A stretch of 63,371 nucleotides of DNA, filler included, from Ministeria vibrans ATCC 50519 (taxonomy: Eukaryota; Protista; Filasterea), in assembly GCA_943704425.1 (NCBI GenBank). It is 4 parts of 4 records of this genome, joined end to end, with 100 filler letters (N's around TTAATTAATTAA, not from the genome) between each part and the next. Parts side by side here need not be neighbours in the genome. Positions count along the whole stretch, not along the records: positions 61,465 to 63,371 come from CALSCP010002142.1; 3 more parts are not named here. The stretch is one strand, 5' to 3'. This document shows, one piece after another, positions 61,465-63,371 of this stretch (positions within the stretch are counted from its first letter, which is position 1; every line of letters begins with the position of its first letter). The notes under the pieces were generated by a model. That model saw only the letters and a program-made list of their open reading frames with translations, made no database searches and had not been told where the DNA came from. A program made the position numbers and the translations under genes.

Positions 61465-63241
61465 AGTCGTCGGTGGGCTCAGGGTACTTCTCAAAGTGGC
61501 GGGTGTCGCCTGCGTGCGCCACTTCAGGAACAATGGGTGCACTGATGGTCCGTTGCAGCAGCCCGGAAAAGTCTGTTCCTAAGTGTCCATTTGTGAAATG
61601 ATAGAGAAAGAGAGAGACAGAGGGAGAAAGGAGGGAGAGAGAGAAACAAAGTGATAAAAAGAGAAGGAAGAAAAACCAAAGTGATAAAGAGAGAGAGAAG
61701 AGTTCAAGTATTGAGTATTTCACACTCTAAATTTGTGTGTTGTACCTTTGAACCATTTGTGTCGTTTTACATCTTCCGCTCCGCTACAAAGAAACATGGC
61801 ACAAATTGAGTCGTCTAACTTTCTTTTTTTCCTTCTCTCTCATAATCGTTTGATGTACCCTCTGAGGTTTCCTAATCGCTTCGACCGGTCTGCCGCGAGC
61901 AATCTTCGCGTAAGATCCTTTGCATTCGCCTCAAAGTGATACGGAAACTGAATTTGTCCCGCCAAAATACGCTCATAAATCGCTGCACAATCAATAAGAA
62001 ACAGACATCGAATGAGATAAAACTGGACAAAAATGTTTCTTTATGTTGTTACCAAATGGAGTTTCCGCGTAAAATGGAGGATAACCAGCCAGCTAAATTT
62101 GAAAAAGAAACAACAATAAATTAATATCAAAAGTTGCACAACACATGACGACACAGCAACATACTCACATGCACTGTAATTCAACACACAGTCACACACA
62201 TGCACACAATAACGCACAATGACATCTAACACACTCCATTCCCACACGCACACACGCACCAAATGTATCGACAAACAACGACACACAAAAAAAAACAAAC
62301 AATACCATTTCAAAGGTGAGAATGCCCAGCGCCCACCAGTCAACAGCCTTGCCGTGTCCCTTGCTCTGGATGATCTCGGGTGCAAGGTACTCGGGCGTAC
62401 CGCACAGTGTCCACGTGCGGTCTGTCACATGCTTAGCAAACCCAAAGTCGGTAATTTTGATGTGGCCGGAGGGAAGCAGGAGAATGTTTTCCTAAACACA
62501 ACAATATAGTAAGGTGAGAATTGCAATATGTGTCTATAAGTGTGTGTGTTTCGTGTGTGTGCTTAATATGTGTGTTTACCGGCTTCAAATCGCGATAGAC
62601 AAAGTCGAGTGAGTGCATATACTCGAGAGCCAAAACAATCTCGGCAGCGTAGAAGCGCGTCATGTCGTTGGAGAAGCGACCCGCACGACGCAAGTGCGAG
62701 AACAGCTCACCACCACAGACATACTCAAGAAGCATGTATAGGTTGCGATCGTCTTGAAAGGTGCACAGCCTAAAGGTAAAAACAGTGAGAACCACAATGA
62801 ATTGCAATGACGACTCGTTCGCTTACATGCTGACAATGAAGGGGTGATTCATTGCCTCAAGAATGTTCTTTTCGTTCGTAATGTGCTCCACTTGCTTCAG
62901 TCGCACCACTTCAACCTTTTTCAGTACTTTCATCGCATAGAATCCTGGTCAAACACACACATACACACACAAATTTAGTGTGCTGTCACAGGGTAACCGT
63001 CACATCTCTCGCCTGCTCAACCACCCACTCTCCCCCTTATAGTCTCGTCTCCACGCCAAGACACACACACACACACCACACCCACTCTCATTGACAATTC
63101 ATCCCTTTCATACTTCCGCCCAAAACCACTTTTGTCTCTCTCTCTCTTACTCTCTTACTCTCTCTCACTCTCTCCTGTTTTTTTTTAACCTGTTGTGTCT
63201 TTGTGTTGCGAGAGAAAGACTCGCCCAAACGTGCCCGTTCC
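61465..63241 (-). CDS. cAMP-dependent protein kinase catalytic subunit (PKA-C/PRKX-like), partial at both ends, multi-exon
   Basis: [86 protein letters not shown]. Confidence 0.93.
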
Positions 63242-63371
63242 TACACGAAGCACACAGATAAACACTCAGCTACACCACCAGCAGACTCGCGCAGTCATCG
63301 TCAACTCTTTCGTTTGCAGTTTGTCCAATTCAAAAACGCACACAAAAAAAAAAAAAAAAAACGTTTGCAAA

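Overview
Gene-dense, intron-rich eukaryotic DNA. GC-rich exons, short GT-AG introns often filled with CT/TG/ATT microsatellites, and AT-rich intergenic spacers. A receptor tyrosine kinase, a RIF1 with C-terminal PP1 motifs, a GREB1-like gene, CORO7 and calaxin, together with fungal-type Afi1/MesA and UPF0658 genes, suggest a unicellular holozoan/opisthokont (inference). Three identical 100-bp N-TTAATTAATTAA-N spacers (26788-26887, 54518-54617, 61365-61464) show that four separate contigs were joined, so adjacency across them means nothing. About 24 protein-coding genes are supported; no RNA genes, CRISPR arrays or clear transposons were seen. The strongest candidate for an undescribed system is the ~2,100-aa GREB1-like protein (39655-46168, minus). 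It has a circularly permuted SF2 helicase/ATPase with intact-looking DECH and GKT motifs, a TAGT/base-J-type glycosyltransferase domain, and a tail with PIP-box-like and PP1 RVxF motifs, which points to a possible replication-coupled DNA-base glycosylation enzyme. Second is a Notch-like EGF-repeat receptor tyrosine kinase carrying a juxtamembrane HFS motif that may be autoproteolytic. All family calls come from motif recognition by eye; no searches were run.
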